Origin: an uncultured Bacteroidales bacterium
Lineage (GTDB): Bacteria > Bacteroidota > Bacteroidia > Bacteroidales > GCA-2748055
Length of the DNA stretch: 64,000 nucleotides
Assembly: GCA_963779845.1 (NCBI GenBank)
Contig: CAVZZV010000001.1
Location: 182,125-246,124, forward strand
Reading direction: 5' to 3'
Part shown: positions 28,808-38,899 of the stretch, piece by piece
Layout of the letters: each line of letters begins with the position of its first letter
Position numbering within the stretch: position 1 is the first letter of the stretch
Notes under the pieces: model-generated
The model's database searches: none
What the model was told of the DNA's origin: nothing
What the model saw: the letters and a program-made list of their open reading frames with translations, nothing else
Made by a program: the position numbers and the translations under genes

Positions 28808-31216
28808 TTGGATATGTTCAGGAATTTTTTTCTAATATCGCTCAGAAACCTAAGCCGGCAAAAGGGCTTTAGTTTTATCAATATCCTTGGGCTCAGCCTG
28901 GCCTTTACCGTCGGCTTTCTGATCATACTTTATATACTGAGTGAACTTAGCTTCGACAAATTTCATAAAGATTACCAAAGAATTTTCCGTGTTTGCGTTG
29001 AAGGGAAACTTTCCGGCTCTCCCCTGAATATGGCCATCACCCCGGCTGGATTAGGAGGTCAGTTAAAAAAGGACTACCCCGAAGTGGAAACAAATACAGT
29101 TTTTCATCACTTGGGAAACAAACAATTATTGGGAACTGAGGAAAAACGATTTTATATCACCCACATTCTTTACGCTGATTCCAGTTTCCTGAAGCTGTTC
29201 AATTTTAAGTTAATACAGGGCGATCAGAAAACGGCTTTAAATACTCCTAATAAAGTTGTTCTGACAAAAAGCATGGCGCAAAAATACTTTGGCGACACCA
29301 TCCCCCTAGGGAAAAAAATGAGGCTGAATAACCAGACAAATCTGACAGTATCAGGGGTAACTGAAGATCCTCCTGAAGAAACACACCTGGCATTCAATCT
29401 CATTATTTCCTTCGAAACCCTAACGGCTCAACTAGGTCCGGAAATTTATGATAATTGGGGGAGCCTGAATTACTACACCTATATAAAACTTGCAGAAGGG
29501 GTATCGCGCCAAAACTTCGATAAACAAATTGCCGGCTTGATCAATACAAAGATCCATGAAACAGATGGTTTGGAGGAGAATGTTTCCGTCAAACCCTATC
29601 TTCAGCCGGTTAAAGATATCCACCTGCGCTCTAAATTAATCGGTGAAATAAAACCCAGCGGCGATTATTCCTACATATATATTCTTTCTGCAATTGCCCT
29701 TCTGATTCTTTTTATAGCCGGAGTCAACTATGTGAACCTTTCCATGGCCCGTTCTTCCAACAGAGGAAAAGAAGTGGCCATCCGAAAAATTCTGGGTTGT
29801 GGTAAAACCCGGCTTACCTGGCAATTCATAGGTGAATCCGTATTTTTCAGCCTGATCGGATTAATTATCGCCATTTCCCTTATCGAGCTTTTACTGCCTG
29901 TTTTCAATGAAATCACCTCGAAATCAATTAGTCTAAGTTATGTGGAAAGTTTAAGGATGCTAATGATTTATACTGGTATTGCGATATTGTTCGGGATTTT
30001 TTCGGGCACTTATCCTGCCCTCTTTCTTTCCACATTTAACCCGGTTAATATTATCCAGGCCAGAATAAAGAAAAAGCCCGGTAAGAAAACATTGCGAAAC
30101 AGCCTTGTTTTAATTCAGTTTAGCATTTCCGCCGGTTTAATTATTTCAACGGTTGTGGTCTATAAGCAATTGGACTATTTAATGGAAAAAAATCCCGGAT
30201 TTGAACAGGAGAACCTTATGACTATTTTTCTTAGAAACGAAGAGGTAAAAATGAAGGCAGTGGAGTTAAAAACGGATATGCTTAAAATCAAAGGGGTAGA
30301 GGCAGCCACCCTGGCTTCATCTGTTCCCGGGACAAGTTTGTCGGCAAGCACACTCTATGCAGAAGGATTCAAAAAAAAACCGATTATGGTCTATAATTTC
30401 GATGTTGACAAGGATTTCCCGGAAAACACATTCAGGATGGAAATTATCGGAGGCAGGAATTTCTCTGACTCAATACCTTCAGATAGTACAGCGATCATTA
30501 TTAACGAGCAGCTTAAAAATACCGTGGGATGGAAAAACGCAATCGGTAAGAAATTTTCGTCCAATCCTGAAGATAGTACCCAACTCGTTTTTCATGTAAT
30601 CGGAGTTATAAAAGATTTCAACTTCCGTTCCCTGCATCATAAGATTGAACCGACTGCCCTCTTTTTCCATAGAGAACAGCCGGGTTTCCTCGTACTGCGG
30701 GTGGAGGGGAATGACCACGAGGAAACAATAGCCCGTGTGAGCAGAACCTGGAGTAATTTCCACCCCGATTTACCCTTTGATTATGAATATCTTGGTAAAT
30801 CTTATAAGAACCTCTATGCTTCAGAAAGAAAGCTGGGTTTGCTGTTCATTTACCTGACTGTATTCGCGATTTTTATATCTTCCATGGGCCTCTACGGACT
30901 AAGTTCCTACTCAACAGAACAAAGAACGAGGGAATTAGGAATCAGAAAAGCCTTGGGCGCCAGTGTTATGGATATAAGCAGTCTTCTGTCAGTGGAATAC
31001 CTCAAATTGGTATTGTACGCCAATCTTATCGCCTGGCCTCTGGCTTTTATCCTGATGAAAATGTGGCTTAAAAGTTACTACTTTAATACCTATATCCCTC
31101 TTCTGGCCTTTTTCCTGGCCGGTGTACTCACCTTTATCCCCACATTCATTGTAATCAATATTCAGATCTTTAAAATTCAGAAACTGGATCCGGTAAGGGC
31201 CCTAAAGTATGAATGA
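28808..31216 (+). CDS. ABC transporter permease (MacB/FtsX family, duplicated)
   Basis: INILGLSL, LQPVKDIHL, NYVNLSMARS..RGKEVAIRKILG, EQRTRELGIRKALGAS, DPVRALKYE. Confidence 0.92.
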   Translation: MDMFRNFFLISLRNLSRQKGFSFINILGLSLAFTVGFLIILYILSELSFDKFHKDYQRIFRVCVEGKLSGSPLNMAITPAGLGGQLKKDYPEVETNTVFHHLGNKQLLGTEEKRFYITHILYADSSFLKLFNFKLIQGDQKTALNTPNKVVLTKSMAQKYFGDTIPLGKKMRLNNQTNLTVSGVTEDPPEETHLAFNLIISFETLTAQLGPEIYDNWGSLNYYTYIKLAEGVSRQNFDKQIAGLINTKIHETDGLEENVSVKPYLQPVKDIHLRSKLIGEIKPSGDYSYIYILSAIALLILFIAGVNYVNLSMARSSNRGKEVAIRKILGCGKTRLTWQFIGESVFFSLIGLIIAISLIELLLPVFNEITSKSISLSYVESLRMLMIYTGIAILFGIFSGTYPALFLSTFNPVNIIQARIKKKPGKKTLRNSLVLIQFSISAGLIISTVVVYKQLDYLMEKNPGFEQENLMTIFLRNEEVKMKAVELKTDMLKIKGVEAATLASSVPGTSLSASTLYAEGFKKKPIMVYNFDVDKDFPENTFRMEIIGGRNFSDSIPSDSTAIIINEQLKNTVGWKNAIGKKFSSNPEDSTQLVFHVIGVIKDFNFRSLHHKIEPTALFFHREQPGFLVLRVEGNDHEETIARVSRTWSNFHPDLPFDYEYLGKSYKNLYASERKLGLLFIYLTVFAIFISSMGLYGLSSYSTEQRTRELGIRKALGASVMDISSLLSVEYLKLVLYANLIAWPLAFILMKMWLKSYYFNTYIPLLAFFLAGVLTFIPTFIVINIQIFKIQKLDPVRALKYE

Positions 31217-31271
31217 CAGAGCATGAACAGGACTTATAAACCCCGGAATTAGAACGGTTCGTACTTTTTCA

Positions 31272-33230
31272 TCATTTAAGGGGGGCTAAAAAATAATTTT
31301 CAGGATCGGGAACCGATTTTTTGACTTCAATGCTAAAATCCGGCTGGTATTTAATTAATTCCAAACCTTCATTCTCGAAACCACTGAAGGGTCCGGGCCT
31401 CACAAATCTGAAATCTGACATAAGGTTACTGCTGGAATTATCATTTAGATGCTCGACAAACCGTGACTGCCAGGCAGGAAGGAGCCGTAGGAAATACAAG
31501 CTCAGGTCATATCCCAGAAAGGCATACATGCAGCCTTTTTTGGATTTAATTGAAGGCTCTGAATAGAAGGCGGAAACATATTTTGGTAAAAAAGCTTTTA
31601 CGCGAGGATCGTTATAGCTAAAATTATACGGGCTTAAATACTCCAAGCCGAGTTCATGAAAATATTTAAAATCAATATTCTGAAATGAACTGAAATAGGG
31701 AGTCCCGAATACCTCAATATCAAAGTTTTTTAACTGAAAGTAGAGTTGTGATATCACTGTGCTCACGAAGGCTTCATCGTCCTCGGGAATAATGATGATG
31801 TTCTTTTTGTTTTTAGACAGGGTAAGTTGAAGATCTGAGGCAAGATTGGCTTTGGCTGCGTTATTATAGTTGATTTCCTTGATAATAATATTCTCAGGAA
31901 ATGTAAATCGCGACATGGCATTGACCAGGTAACTTTTAAAGACATCCACCTCAGCTTTCAGGGAACTATCGGCACTATGTATGAATACGAAACACTTATC
32001 ATAGTCTTTTGCCAGATAGTCAGAAGCCATCTTAAAACTTGTATGAGTGGATGGGTTCATTTGAAAAAGATAAGGGTTGTTCATGGTCAGTTTCTCATCG
32101 GCATAAAACGGGGATACCATTGGGATATGGTTCTTCCTCGAAAAATCATTGACAATTTCCACATTCCACGAATAAAAGGGACCGAAAATAAGGTCAACAT
32201 CATTAAAAAAGTCCGATCGAAGAATTTCCCTTGTCCGGTCCGGACTTTTTTGTGTATCAAAATAACGGATATCAAGCGACAGTCCCTCCTTTTTGAGCGA
32301 ATCGACCGCCATGAGGCTGCCTTCGAAAAATTCCAGCAAATTAACAGACCTGGGAAGGTCGCTGTCATTTATGGTAGGTTCCGGCCCGCTTATTTCATGA
32401 TCCTCCTCGTTTGGAATCTCATGTTCCACCTGACCCTTATAATTAAAAGGGATTAAATAAGCAACTTTAATATTTCTTCCCTCCAGGTTTATCAGGGAAT
32501 CGCTGTAATCAGCCACACTCATAAAAGGAATGGAATCCACCTCATTCTCCAAAGGAAGGGTATCGGTTCGGATGGTGTCAGGCGGATAGGGACTGACCAT
32601 CTTTGGAATTCGGATTAACTTTCCGGTTTTAAATCCCTCGAACTGAAGGTCCGGGTTCAGGGCATAAAAATCTTCTACGCCCACATTGTATTCCCGGGCC
32701 AATCCATAAAGCGTTTCCTTCCTCCTGATCTTGTGCAGGATGAAATCGTTGTAACGGTATACCACATTGGCTCTTGGAATAAGAACAACCTGCCCTATAT
32801 TCAGTTTATCATAATCCAGAGCCGGATTAGCCGCTTCGATTTCTTTCACAGAAACATTATATTTCCGGGCTAAAGCATATATATTCTCCTTTGGTTCAAG
32901 GGTATGCCGGATATATTTGACCGAATCCGGTATATTGTTTTGAGTCGCCTGAACTATTCCCCGGGAAGATGGGATTTTAAGGACCTGTCCAATGGTTAGA
33001 TTGGTATAAACCCCGGGGTTTTCAATAGCAATCTCCTTTTCGGTTATATTATAGGCTCTGCTAATGGAATAAAGGGTCTGACCAGGCTTAACAACATGAA
33101 TATAATAAACCTTACCTTCAACAATCACCTTGTTTTCTGACCGCTTCACCGGGACAGGTTCCTGCGAAAAGGAGTTCAGGGGCAGGAACATAGCCCACAA
33201 AACAAATAGAAATCCGGTTGCGCTTCTCAA
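31272..33230 (-). CDS. LysM repeat protein with a C-terminal type-I periplasmic-binding-like domain
   Basis: Three LysM units (HVVKPGQTLYSISRAY, HTLEPKENIYALARKY, HKIRRKETLYGLAREY) and a C-terminal VAYLIPF..EFFEG..DLIFGPF..GYD. Confidence 0.88.
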   Translation of the reverse strand: MRSATGFLFVLWAMFLPLNSFSQEPVPVKRSENKVIVEGKVYYIHVVKPGQTLYSISRAYNITEKEIAIENPGVYTNLTIGQVLKIPSSRGIVQATQNNIPDSVKYIRHTLEPKENIYALARKYNVSVKEIEAANPALDYDKLNIGQVVLIPRANVVYRYNDFILHKIRRKETLYGLAREYNVGVEDFYALNPDLQFEGFKTGKLIRIPKMVSPYPPDTIRTDTLPLENEVDSIPFMSVADYSDSLINLEGRNIKVAYLIPFNYKGQVEHEIPNEEDHEISGPEPTINDSDLPRSVNLLEFFEGSLMAVDSLKKEGLSLDIRYFDTQKSPDRTREILRSDFFNDVDLIFGPFYSWNVEIVNDFSRKNHIPMVSPFYADEKLTMNNPYLFQMNPSTHTSFKMASDYLAKDYDKCFVFIHSADSSLKAEVDVFKSYLVNAMSRFTFPENIIIKEINYNNAAKANLASDLQLTLSKNKKNIIIIPEDDEAFVSTVISQLYFQLKNFDIEVFGTPYFSSFQNIDFKYFHELGLEYLSPYNFSYNDPRVKAFLPKYVSAFYSEPSIKSKKGCMYAFLGYDLSLYFLRLLPAWQSRFVEHLNDNSSSNLMSDFRFVRPGPFSGFENEGLELIKYQPDFSIEVKKSVPDPENYFLAPLK

Positions 33231-33381
33231 GATTGAAATGAAATAAAGTTCATAATAAAACTTAAATATGACCCAAATTATTATATAATCCCCATGTCAA
33301 TTGAGATTAATAGGGCAAACTATTATTGAAAGTCAAAAGGGTCTCCTCAAAAATACAAATTTACCTAACCAAAAACCAATG

Positions 33382-34329
33382 TCAGTTCATTTTCAAGAAA
33401 GCATTGACATTTGTTGATATCCGGTCCTCAAGCGAGGATATATCCGATTTTGTAAAGCTATCGCCAGTAATTTTTTCAAAGAGTTCAATATATCTTTCTG
33501 ACACCCGGTCAACAAACTCATCATCCATATAGGGAACTTCTTGTCCCTCCCTGCCCTGAAAACCATTTTCTATAAGCCATTGCCGCACAAATTCCTTACT
33601 AAGTTGTTTTTGCTCTTTCCCATTCTCCTGTCTTTCCTGATAACCATCGAGATAAAAATAACGGGAGCTGTCCGGAGTGTGTATCTCATCAATGAGGATA
33701 ATTTCGTCATCAGCCTTTCCAAATTCATACTTGGTATCTACGAGTATCAGCCCTTTTTCAGCAGCCATCTCCGTTCCCCTTAAAAAGAGTTTTCGTGTAT
33801 AATCTTCGAGCACTGAATAGTCATTTTCAGAAACAAGGCCAGAGGATATGATCCCATCCCTGGATATATCTTCATCATGTCCCTCTTCCGCCTTTGTAGT
33901 CGGGGTAATGAGAGGTTTTGGCAGCCTGTCATGCTCTCTAAGGCCTTCAGGCAGTGGTTCTCCGCAAAGCATACGGTTGCCTGCCTTATATTCCCTCCAG
34001 GCATGACCTGTAAGATAACCTCTGATGACCATTTCTACTTTGAATGGGTCGGCTTTGCGTCCAATGGTTACCATTGGGTCCGGTGAAGAAATTTTCCAGT
34101 TCGGTACGATATCGGAGGTGGCGTCCAGAAATTTGACCGCGATCTGGTTCAATACCTGCCCCTTGTAAGGGATTCCCTTTGGAAGCACGACATCAAAGGC
34201 GGAAATTCTGTCAGTAACCACCATAACAAGGTATTGGTCGTTAATCGTATATACATCCCTGACTTTACCTTTGTAATAGTTGTTTTGTCCGGGAAATGAA
34301 AATTTTGTTTGGATAAGTGCCTGATTCAT
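33382..34329 (-). CDS. purC: SAICAR synthase
   Basis: [50 protein letters not shown]. Confidence 0.97.
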   Translation of the reverse strand: MNQALIQTKFSFPGQNNYYKGKVRDVYTINDQYLVMVVTDRISAFDVVLPKGIPYKGQVLNQIAVKFLDATSDIVPNWKISSPDPMVTIGRKADPFKVEMVIRGYLTGHAWREYKAGNRMLCGEPLPEGLREHDRLPKPLITPTTKAEEGHDEDISRDGIISSGLVSENDYSVLEDYTRKLFLRGTEMAAEKGLILVDTKYEFGKADDEIILIDEIHTPDSSRYFYLDGYQERQENGKEQKQLSKEFVRQWLIENGFQGREGQEVPYMDDEFVDRVSERYIELFEKITGDSFTKSDISSLEDRISTNVNAFLKMN

Positions 34330-34347
34330 TTTTATTTATATTAAAAT

Positions 34348-35304
34348 TTAATTCTTCTCATCGTAGTTTTTATAGGCATCGACTATATATTTCACCAATC
34401 GATGCCGCACGATATCCCGATTATCGAAAAATATTATGGAAATGCCCCGGATTCCCTCAAGGACTTCGGAAGCGATCAGAAGCCCGGAATCCGATTTTCT
34501 TGGAAGATCAATCTGGGTCAGGTCGCCGGTAATAATAAACCGGGCATTTTTTCCCATGCGGGTCAAAAACATTTTTAACTGGTTTCCCGTGGCATTCTGT
34601 GCTTCATCCAGAATAACAAAAGCATTGTCGAGTGTACGTCCTCTCATATAGGCTAAAGGCGCGATCTGAATGACTCCCTCGTCGATAAATGTCTTGAGTT
34701 TCCTGGCCGGGATCATATCCAGAAGGGCATCGTACAGAGGCTGCAAATAGGGATCGAGTTTTTCCTTTAAGTCTCCAGGAAGGAATCCAAGCCGCTCCCC
34801 GGCCTCAACCGCAGGTCTGGTAAGGATAATGCGTTTAATTTCGCGAAGCTTTAGGGCACGAACTGCAAGAGCAATGGCTGTATAGGTTTTACCAGTCCCT
34901 GCAGGCCCGATAGCCAGAAGCAGATCGTTCCTGTAACTTTCCTCTACAAGTTTCTTTTGGTTGACTGTTAAGGCTTTGACCGGTTTTCCCCCTTCACCGA
35001 ACAGGAGCACATCACTTTCACCGGGAAGGGAAGGAATTGCAGATTTTTCATCATCAATGAGCAGCTCATCAATATCGTCCGGATTTATATCGTTAAAGTG
35101 GTTCAAATAATTCACCAGAAGATCTAACTTGTCTTCGAAAAGATCGATCTGCTTTTGTTCACCGGACACCTTAAGGGAATTTCCCCTGGATACTATTTTC
35201 AGTTTCGGAAAATGTTGTTTGATTCTGTTGAAGCGAATATTGTTGACCCCGAAAAAATCTATGGGATCTATCCCCTCTAAATATATAATTTTATCAATCA
35301 TCAA
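34348..35304 (-). CDS. phoH: PhoH family ATPase
   Basis: GPAGTGKT, RPAVEAGERLGFLPG, YMRGRTL, LDEAQN, GDLTQIDL. Confidence 0.95.
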   Translation of the reverse strand: MMIDKIIYLEGIDPIDFFGVNNIRFNRIKQHFPKLKIVSRGNSLKVSGEQKQIDLFEDKLDLLVNYLNHFNDINPDDIDELLIDDEKSAIPSLPGESDVLLFGEGGKPVKALTVNQKKLVEESYRNDLLLAIGPAGTGKTYTAIALAVRALKLREIKRIILTRPAVEAGERLGFLPGDLKEKLDPYLQPLYDALLDMIPARKLKTFIDEGVIQIAPLAYMRGRTLDNAFVILDEAQNATGNQLKMFLTRMGKNARFIITGDLTQIDLPRKSDSGLLIASEVLEGIRGISIIFFDNRDIVRHRLVKYIVDAYKNYDEKN

Positions 35305-35394
35305 ATTGAATAATATTCACTACTTTTGGTTACACAAAATAAGCGTATTTTTTTTAGAATTCAATATTAAATCCTATTTAGTTAGCCTCCTGTA

Positions 35395-36174
35395 ATGCCC
35401 GTGATCACGCTTACATCCGACTGGAATTCCGCCGATTATTATGTTGCTGCCATAAAGGGCAGGTTGCTTTCTTCCGGTGCCGGAGAAATTGTGGATATAA
35501 GCCATAAAATAAAGAGTTATAACACATCACAGGCAGCTTTTGTTATCCGAAATTCATTCTTTCACTTTCCGGAAGGTTCTGTCCACCTGATTTTGGTAAA
35601 TCCGGAAATGACGGATCTAACCCCGCATCTGGTAGTTCAGGGAAAGGGACATTATTTTATCGGGGCCGATAATGGGGTATTCTCATTAATCCTCGCCGGG
35701 AAAGCCGACAAAATTATCCGGTTAAGCTCCCGTGAAAAAGAAAATGAACTCAGCTTCCCCGGTATGCGCACATTTACCGCCGCAGCCCTTCATATTATCA
35801 AAGGGAATAACCTTGACGCTCTTGGGGAAAAGATGGATAATTTTCAGGAACGGGTTCCCTTGCGGCCAACTGTCGAGGCCAGTATAATTTCAGGATCCAT
35901 TATTTATATCGACTCTTATAAAAATGTCATCACCAATATTTCCATGGAGCTTTTTGAACGGATAGGAAAAAGGAGAAAGTTTGAGATACTGGTCCAAAGC
36001 AGGCATAATAGTATAAAAAATATAAGCTTTCATTATAGTGATGAGGAAGCCGGCGAATTATTGGCCATTTTCAACTCTGCCGGATTGCTGGAGATCGCGA
36101 TAAATTCAGGAAATGCTTCGGATTTATTGAATTTGGATATTGGATCTTCAATCAGGGTTGAATTTCGGGAATAA
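35395..36174 (+). CDS. DUF62 / SAM hydrolase-chlorinase-fluorinase superfamily protein
   Basis: ITLTSD....D.YV..KG, FPEGSVH, FIGADNG, YIDSYKNVITN, FNSAGLLEIA..GNAS.LL. Confidence 0.9.
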   Translation: MPVITLTSDWNSADYYVAAIKGRLLSSGAGEIVDISHKIKSYNTSQAAFVIRNSFFHFPEGSVHLILVNPEMTDLTPHLVVQGKGHYFIGADNGVFSLILAGKADKIIRLSSREKENELSFPGMRTFTAAALHIIKGNNLDALGEKMDNFQERVPLRPTVEASIISGSIIYIDSYKNVITNISMELFERIGKRRKFEILVQSRHNSIKNISFHYSDEEAGELLAIFNSAGLLEIAINSGNASDLLNLDIGSSIRVEFRE

Positions 36175-36225
36175 AAATGATTTTCCAGGATTCAATGCTT
36201 ACCTTTGCCCCAAAATGAAATAATT

Positions 36226-37002
36226 ATGCATTCTCTTCAAAAGAAATTGGAATCGTTCGAAAGAGTACTCAATGTGATGGATGAATTGCGCGAAAAATGT
36301 CCCTGGGACAAGAAACAAACGCTTGAAACGTTAAGAAACCTGACCATAGAAGAAACTTACGAACTGGCCGATGCCATTATGGAAAAGGATTTTAACGATA
36401 TAAAAAAGGAACTGGGGGATTTATTGCTTCATATTGTTTTCTATTCCAAAATCGCTTCCGAACAGAACCATTTCGATATAGCTGATGTAGCGGATTCCTT
36501 ATGTGAGAAGCTTATTTTCAGGCATCCTCATGTCTTCGGTGACATAAGGGTTAACTCCTCCCAAGAGGTAGTAGAGAATTGGGAAGACCTAAAAAGAAGG
36601 GAAGGTCATAAATCGGTGCTTGGCGGGGTGCCCCCTTCCCTGCCTGCGATGATCAAGGCCAACAGGGTCCAGGAAAAAGCAGGTGCAGTGGGATTTGACT
36701 GGGACGAGCCACACCAGATCTGGGATAAGGTTAAAGAAGAGATATCAGAAGTGGAGGAAGCCGTCGGATCAGGTAACCAGGAATTTATCGAGGCTGAATT
36801 TGGTGATTTATTCTTTTCTCTCATCAATGCCGCCAGGCTCTATGATGTTGATCCTGAAACCGCCCTGGAAAAAACCAACAAGAAATTCATCAAACGTTTC
36901 CGGTACCTTGAAAAAGAAACGCTTGAAAAAAATTTCAACCTGCGTGAAATGAGCCTTGATAAAATGAACGAAATATGGGAACGGGCAAAACAATTTGATT
37001 GA
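36226..37002 (+). CDS. mazG: Nucleoside triphosphate pyrophosphohydrolase MazG
   Basis: CPWDKKQT, EETYEL.DAI, ELGDLLLH, RHPHVFG, EFGDLFF. I prefer ATG 36226 because the TTG at 36205 is inside a TACCTTTG box (36200-36207). Confidence 0.95.
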   Translation: MHSLQKKLESFERVLNVMDELREKCPWDKKQTLETLRNLTIEETYELADAIMEKDFNDIKKELGDLLLHIVFYSKIASEQNHFDIADVADSLCEKLIFRHPHVFGDIRVNSSQEVVENWEDLKRREGHKSVLGGVPPSLPAMIKANRVQEKAGAVGFDWDEPHQIWDKVKEEISEVEEAVGSGNQEFIEAEFGDLFFSLINAARLYDVDPETALEKTNKKFIKRFRYLEKETLEKNFNLREMSLDKMNEIWERAKQFD

Positions 37003-37022
37003 GTCGCAGGACTTTCACTCTG

Positions 37023-37463
37023 TCATTCAGTTGGCTTGATATCTTCAGAAGTCTCATTCTCATCATCCCCTGGTTCAGATTTTAATAGTAAATCCTTCTC
37101 CTGCAGAAGGTTATACCATGCGAACAACTTTTTAAGATCTGACATATAAACCCGGTCCCTGTCATATTCAGGAAGTATACCGGCGAAATATTCCTTTATT
37201 GATTGGGCATCCGTAGATTTTGGATCAATTGTCTGCCCCCCGTTTTCCTTTTCATAGATCTTGTCATAAATGAGGGATAATTTTTCTTCCCCTTCTTCGG
37301 TATAGACCGAAATATCTTCCAGGGAACTAACCTTTTCACTTCCAAATGCGGGGATACGTTTGCCATCTGTTAATGACTCGACGATGATCCCGTTTTTCCC
37401 CTGAGAGACAAATTTAAATAACCCAGGTTTGCCGGATATGGACATAATATCTTTAAGATTCAT
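37023..37463 (-). CDS. DUF5606 family protein
   Basis: ISGKPGLF, IIVESL.DGKR, SLEDIS.YT, PEYDRDRVY.SD.KK...WYN. Confidence 0.85.
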   Translation of the reverse strand: MNLKDIMSISGKPGLFKFVSQGKNGIIVESLTDGKRIPAFGSEKVSSLEDISVYTEEGEEKLSLIYDKIYEKENGGQTIDPKSTDAQSIKEYFAGILPEYDRDRVYMSDLKKLFAWYNLLQEKDLLLKSEPGDDENETSEDIKPTE

Positions 37464-37572
37464 TGGATAAAAGATTAAGGTTTTTTAAAAAGTTGAATTT
37501 TCATATTTCGTTCTTCAGGTCGATTAATTTAGTGTTGGCAGTAAGTATATTCATTCAAACTTTTGATCTGTA

Positions 37573-38298
37573 TTAGACAATTCCCCGTTCTTTTTTAATT
37601 TTCTCATAAGCCTGGTTTACTTTCTGAAATTTTTCCTGCGCCACTTTCTTAAAATCCTCCCCAAGGTAACTTACCTTGTCCGGATGGTATTTCATTGCCA
37701 TATTCCGATAGGCCTTTTTTATTTCTTCTTCGCTTGCAGAACGGTCTATCTCAAGGATTGTATAAGCTGAATCAGTATTTTCAATGAACATGGATTTTAT
37801 TGATTCAAAATCTTTTGAACTAATGCCCAGGTATCCTGCGATCATACTGACCATATTCAGCTCATTAGGAGGTATATTCCCATCAGCATTTGCAATGCCG
37901 AATAAAAAATGGATCATTTGCAAGCGGGAGGAGTAATCGAGATGGGTCCTAATCTGATTTGAGACTTCCCTGACATTAATATCCTGTTTGAGAATGTCGC
38001 GTAGCATCATTATGGCCTCACCCGCCGTTCCTTCCCCAAACGACCTGACAAAGTATTCTTTCACATAATCAAGTTCCGATTTGAGTACCTTGCCATCGGC
38101 TTTCATAATTGCCGCGACAAGCACGAGAAGGCTCATTGCAAAGTCACCTGAGGTAGTCCTTCCCCTGGCCTGCTCCAGAATGCCCAGTCCTGATCCCTTC
38201 TCAAAAACACTTCCCAGGACGAAGCCCAAAATGCCTCCGATTGGGCCAAAAACCGCCCAACCCAATCCCCCGGCAATCCATTTAGTGTAATTCCCCAT
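37573..38298 (-). CDS. djlA: DjlA-like co-chaperone (TerB-like plus DnaJ domain)
   Basis: N-terminal Gly-rich TM, KADG TerB-like domain and a C-terminal J domain (KYHPDK). Confidence 0.88.
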   Translation of the reverse strand: MGNYTKWIAGGLGWAVFGPIGGILGFVLGSVFEKGSGLGILEQARGRTTSGDFAMSLLVLVAAIMKADGKVLKSELDYVKEYFVRSFGEGTAGEAIMMLRDILKQDINVREVSNQIRTHLDYSSRLQMIHFLFGIANADGNIPPNELNMVSMIAGYLGISSKDFESIKSMFIENTDSAYTILEIDRSASEEEIKKAYRNMAMKYHPDKVSYLGEDFKKVAQEKFQKVNQAYEKIKKERGIV

Positions 38299-38899
38299 GG
38301 TCTAAATTTTTCAATTGCAAAGAAACAAATTTATTATGGATTCCATGCACCTGTGGCAATAACATCTCCTCCCCAAAATTCGAAATCACAAAGTCAGCCC
38401 GTGCCGCTTTTTCTTCTGCAGGCATCTGATTATTTATCCTGGCCATTACATTTTCCCTGGAAAGGTGATCTCTTTGCATTACCCTTTGAATACGCTCTTC
38501 AAGCGGTGCATCTACCACAACAATATAATCAAAAAGTTTGTCTGACCCCGACTCGTAAAGAATGGCCGCCTCTTGTAAAATGTAGGGTTCAGCTGCATGA
38601 TTCGCGCACCATGCCAAAAAATTTTCTTTTACCCGTGGATGCACGATCGCATTCAGTTCCTTCAACTTTTCCGGGGAGTTAAACACCTCACGGGCGATGA
38701 AAGTTGTATTAAGCTTATCTCCGTTATAGGAATCAGGACCGAATAGACGGCTAATCTTTTTTATAAGCTGACTATCCCTCTCCATCAAAGCCTTAGCTTC
38801 ATGGTCGGCAAAATACACCGGGGCATGAAGGATACTGAAAATTTCAGCGACAGTTGATTTTCCACTGCCTATCCCTCCTGTTAGCCCTATTTTCAGCAT
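38282..38899 (-). CDS. coaE: Dephospho-CoA kinase
   Basis: [33 protein letters not shown]. Confidence 0.96.
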   Translation of the reverse strand: MLKIGLTGGIGSGKSTVAEIFSILHAPVYFADHEAKALMERDSQLIKKISRLFGPDSYNGDKLNTTFIAREVFNSPEKLKELNAIVHPRVKENFLAWCANHAAEPYILQEAAILYESGSDKLFDYIVVVDAPLEERIQRVMQRDHLSRENVMARINNQMPAEEKAARADFVISNFGEEMLLPQVHGIHNKFVSLQLKNLDHGELH

